In this document: in pieces, positions 62,956 to 64,000 of the stretch | How the letters are laid out: every line of letters begins with the position of its first letter | How positions within the stretch are numbered: position 1 is the first letter of the stretch | From: Malacoraja senta | Lineage: Eukaryota | NCBI GenBank assembly: GCA_038087875.1 | Contig: CM075995.1 | Span: forward strand, 6,760,001-6,824,000 | Direction: 5' to 3' | Length of the DNA: 64,000 bases | Program-made: the position numbers and the translations under genes | Notes under the pieces: model-generated | What the model saw: only the letters and a program-made list of their open reading frames with translations | The model's database searches: none | Told to the model about the DNA's origin: nothing

Positions 62956-63551
62956 GACAGGCCCTTCGGCCCAACTTGCCTACCCCGGCCAACATGTCCC
63001 AGTTTAAACTAGTCCCACCTGCCTGCGCTTGGTCCAGATCCCTCCAAACTTGTCCTATCCATGTACCTGCCTAAAAGTGGGCTTTTGTTTGAGTTTAGCT
63101 CGGCATTCACACCTTTGGGACGTCTTCCCAGTTGACGCATTCCTTCGGGGTGCAGAGTCCCTGAGGACGGGTGGCAACTGCACGCAGCTGGATTCACGGT
63201 ACCTCGGGAAGAAACTCAGCACCTTTCTCAGGTGCTGAGCTCCTGGGGGAAACGTGCTGATCGAGCAACTTCTCCCACAGCTCAACATTTAAAGTGACAA
63301 CTTATTTTTATATTTTTACTTTGCGCAAAGTAAGCATTTTTTTCAAAGCCCATCTTTAATCGTTCGTGAACTGAGCAGCATGCTAGCTAGACACAAAAGG
63401 CTGGAGCAACGACACGATACGATAGAACTTTATTTATCCCAGGTGGGAAATTGATCTGCCAACAGTCTTAAAAAACACAAAATACACGAAACAAACAAAA
63501 TACATGAAACTCAACCGGTCAGCATCTCTGCCTACCTGCATTCCACCCGGG

Positions 63552-63885
63552 TTTAGTTTAGTTTAGTTTAGCGATACGATGCGGAAACAGGCCCTTCGGC
63601 CCACCGGGTCCGCGCCGACCAGCGATCCCCGCACATTAACACTATCCTACACACACTACCAAGCCAATTAACCTACAAACCTGTATGTATTTGGAGTGCG
63701 GGAGGAAACCGAAGATCTCGGAGGAAACCCACGCAGGTCACGGGGAGAACTAAGAAACTCCGTACAGACAGCTCCCGTAGTCGGGATGGAACCCGGGTCT
63801 CCGGCGCTGCTTTTGCTGTAAGGCAGCACCTCTACCGCTGCGCCACCGTGGCCGCCCACTACCGCTGCGCCACCGTGACCGCCCA
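63552..63885 (-). mobile_element. HE1-like V-SINE with a duplicated 27-bp 5' end
   Basis: CTACCGCTGCGCCACCGTG(G/A)CCGCCCA occurs twice (63832-63858, 63859-63885). Confidence 0.9.
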
Positions 63886-64000
63886 CTTTGGTTCTGACAG
63901 TCTCCAATATCGATGCCTCTCATTATTAGTGGGCTGTGAGCATTTCTCAGACATCACTCCACCCTCTTTTCCCTTCCCTCCTCTGTGCCCCCACCTGAAC

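Overview
This is eukaryotic, repeat-dominated DNA. The repeat inventory points to an elasmobranch (skate/ray/shark) intron or intergenic region. It includes about 30 copies or fragments of a tRNA-derived V-SINE matching HE1, which shares its tail with an HER1-type CR1 LINE. No host-gene exon, rRNA, genuine tRNA or CRISPR array could be supported. Every recognisable protein-coding stretch belongs to a retroelement: CR1, Rex1/Babar, Tx1/L1-clade or Penelope-like. DNA elements are a near-textbook non-autonomous Helitron (34705-35959), a hAT MITE with an 8-bp TSD (6821-7364) and five MITE loci with (A/T)GGGCCTGTCCCAC TIRs. There is also a 54-55 bp GC-rich minisatellite and a 200-N assembly gap. 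Three signals stand out. (1) About 20 Penelope-derived short elements carry a minimal hammerhead-ribozyme core (CTGAAGA-A-GGGT-CTCG-ACCC-GAAA-CGTC), and several are inserted as fold-back palindromes with 9-14 bp TSDs. (2) A GC-rich non-coding retroposon family has a covarying internal hairpin and swapped LINE tails. (3) One target site was used by two unrelated retroelements. All calls were made by eye. Boundaries without a stated TSD or TIR are approximate (about +/-10-20 bp), and many small SINE/LINE fragments are not listed individually.
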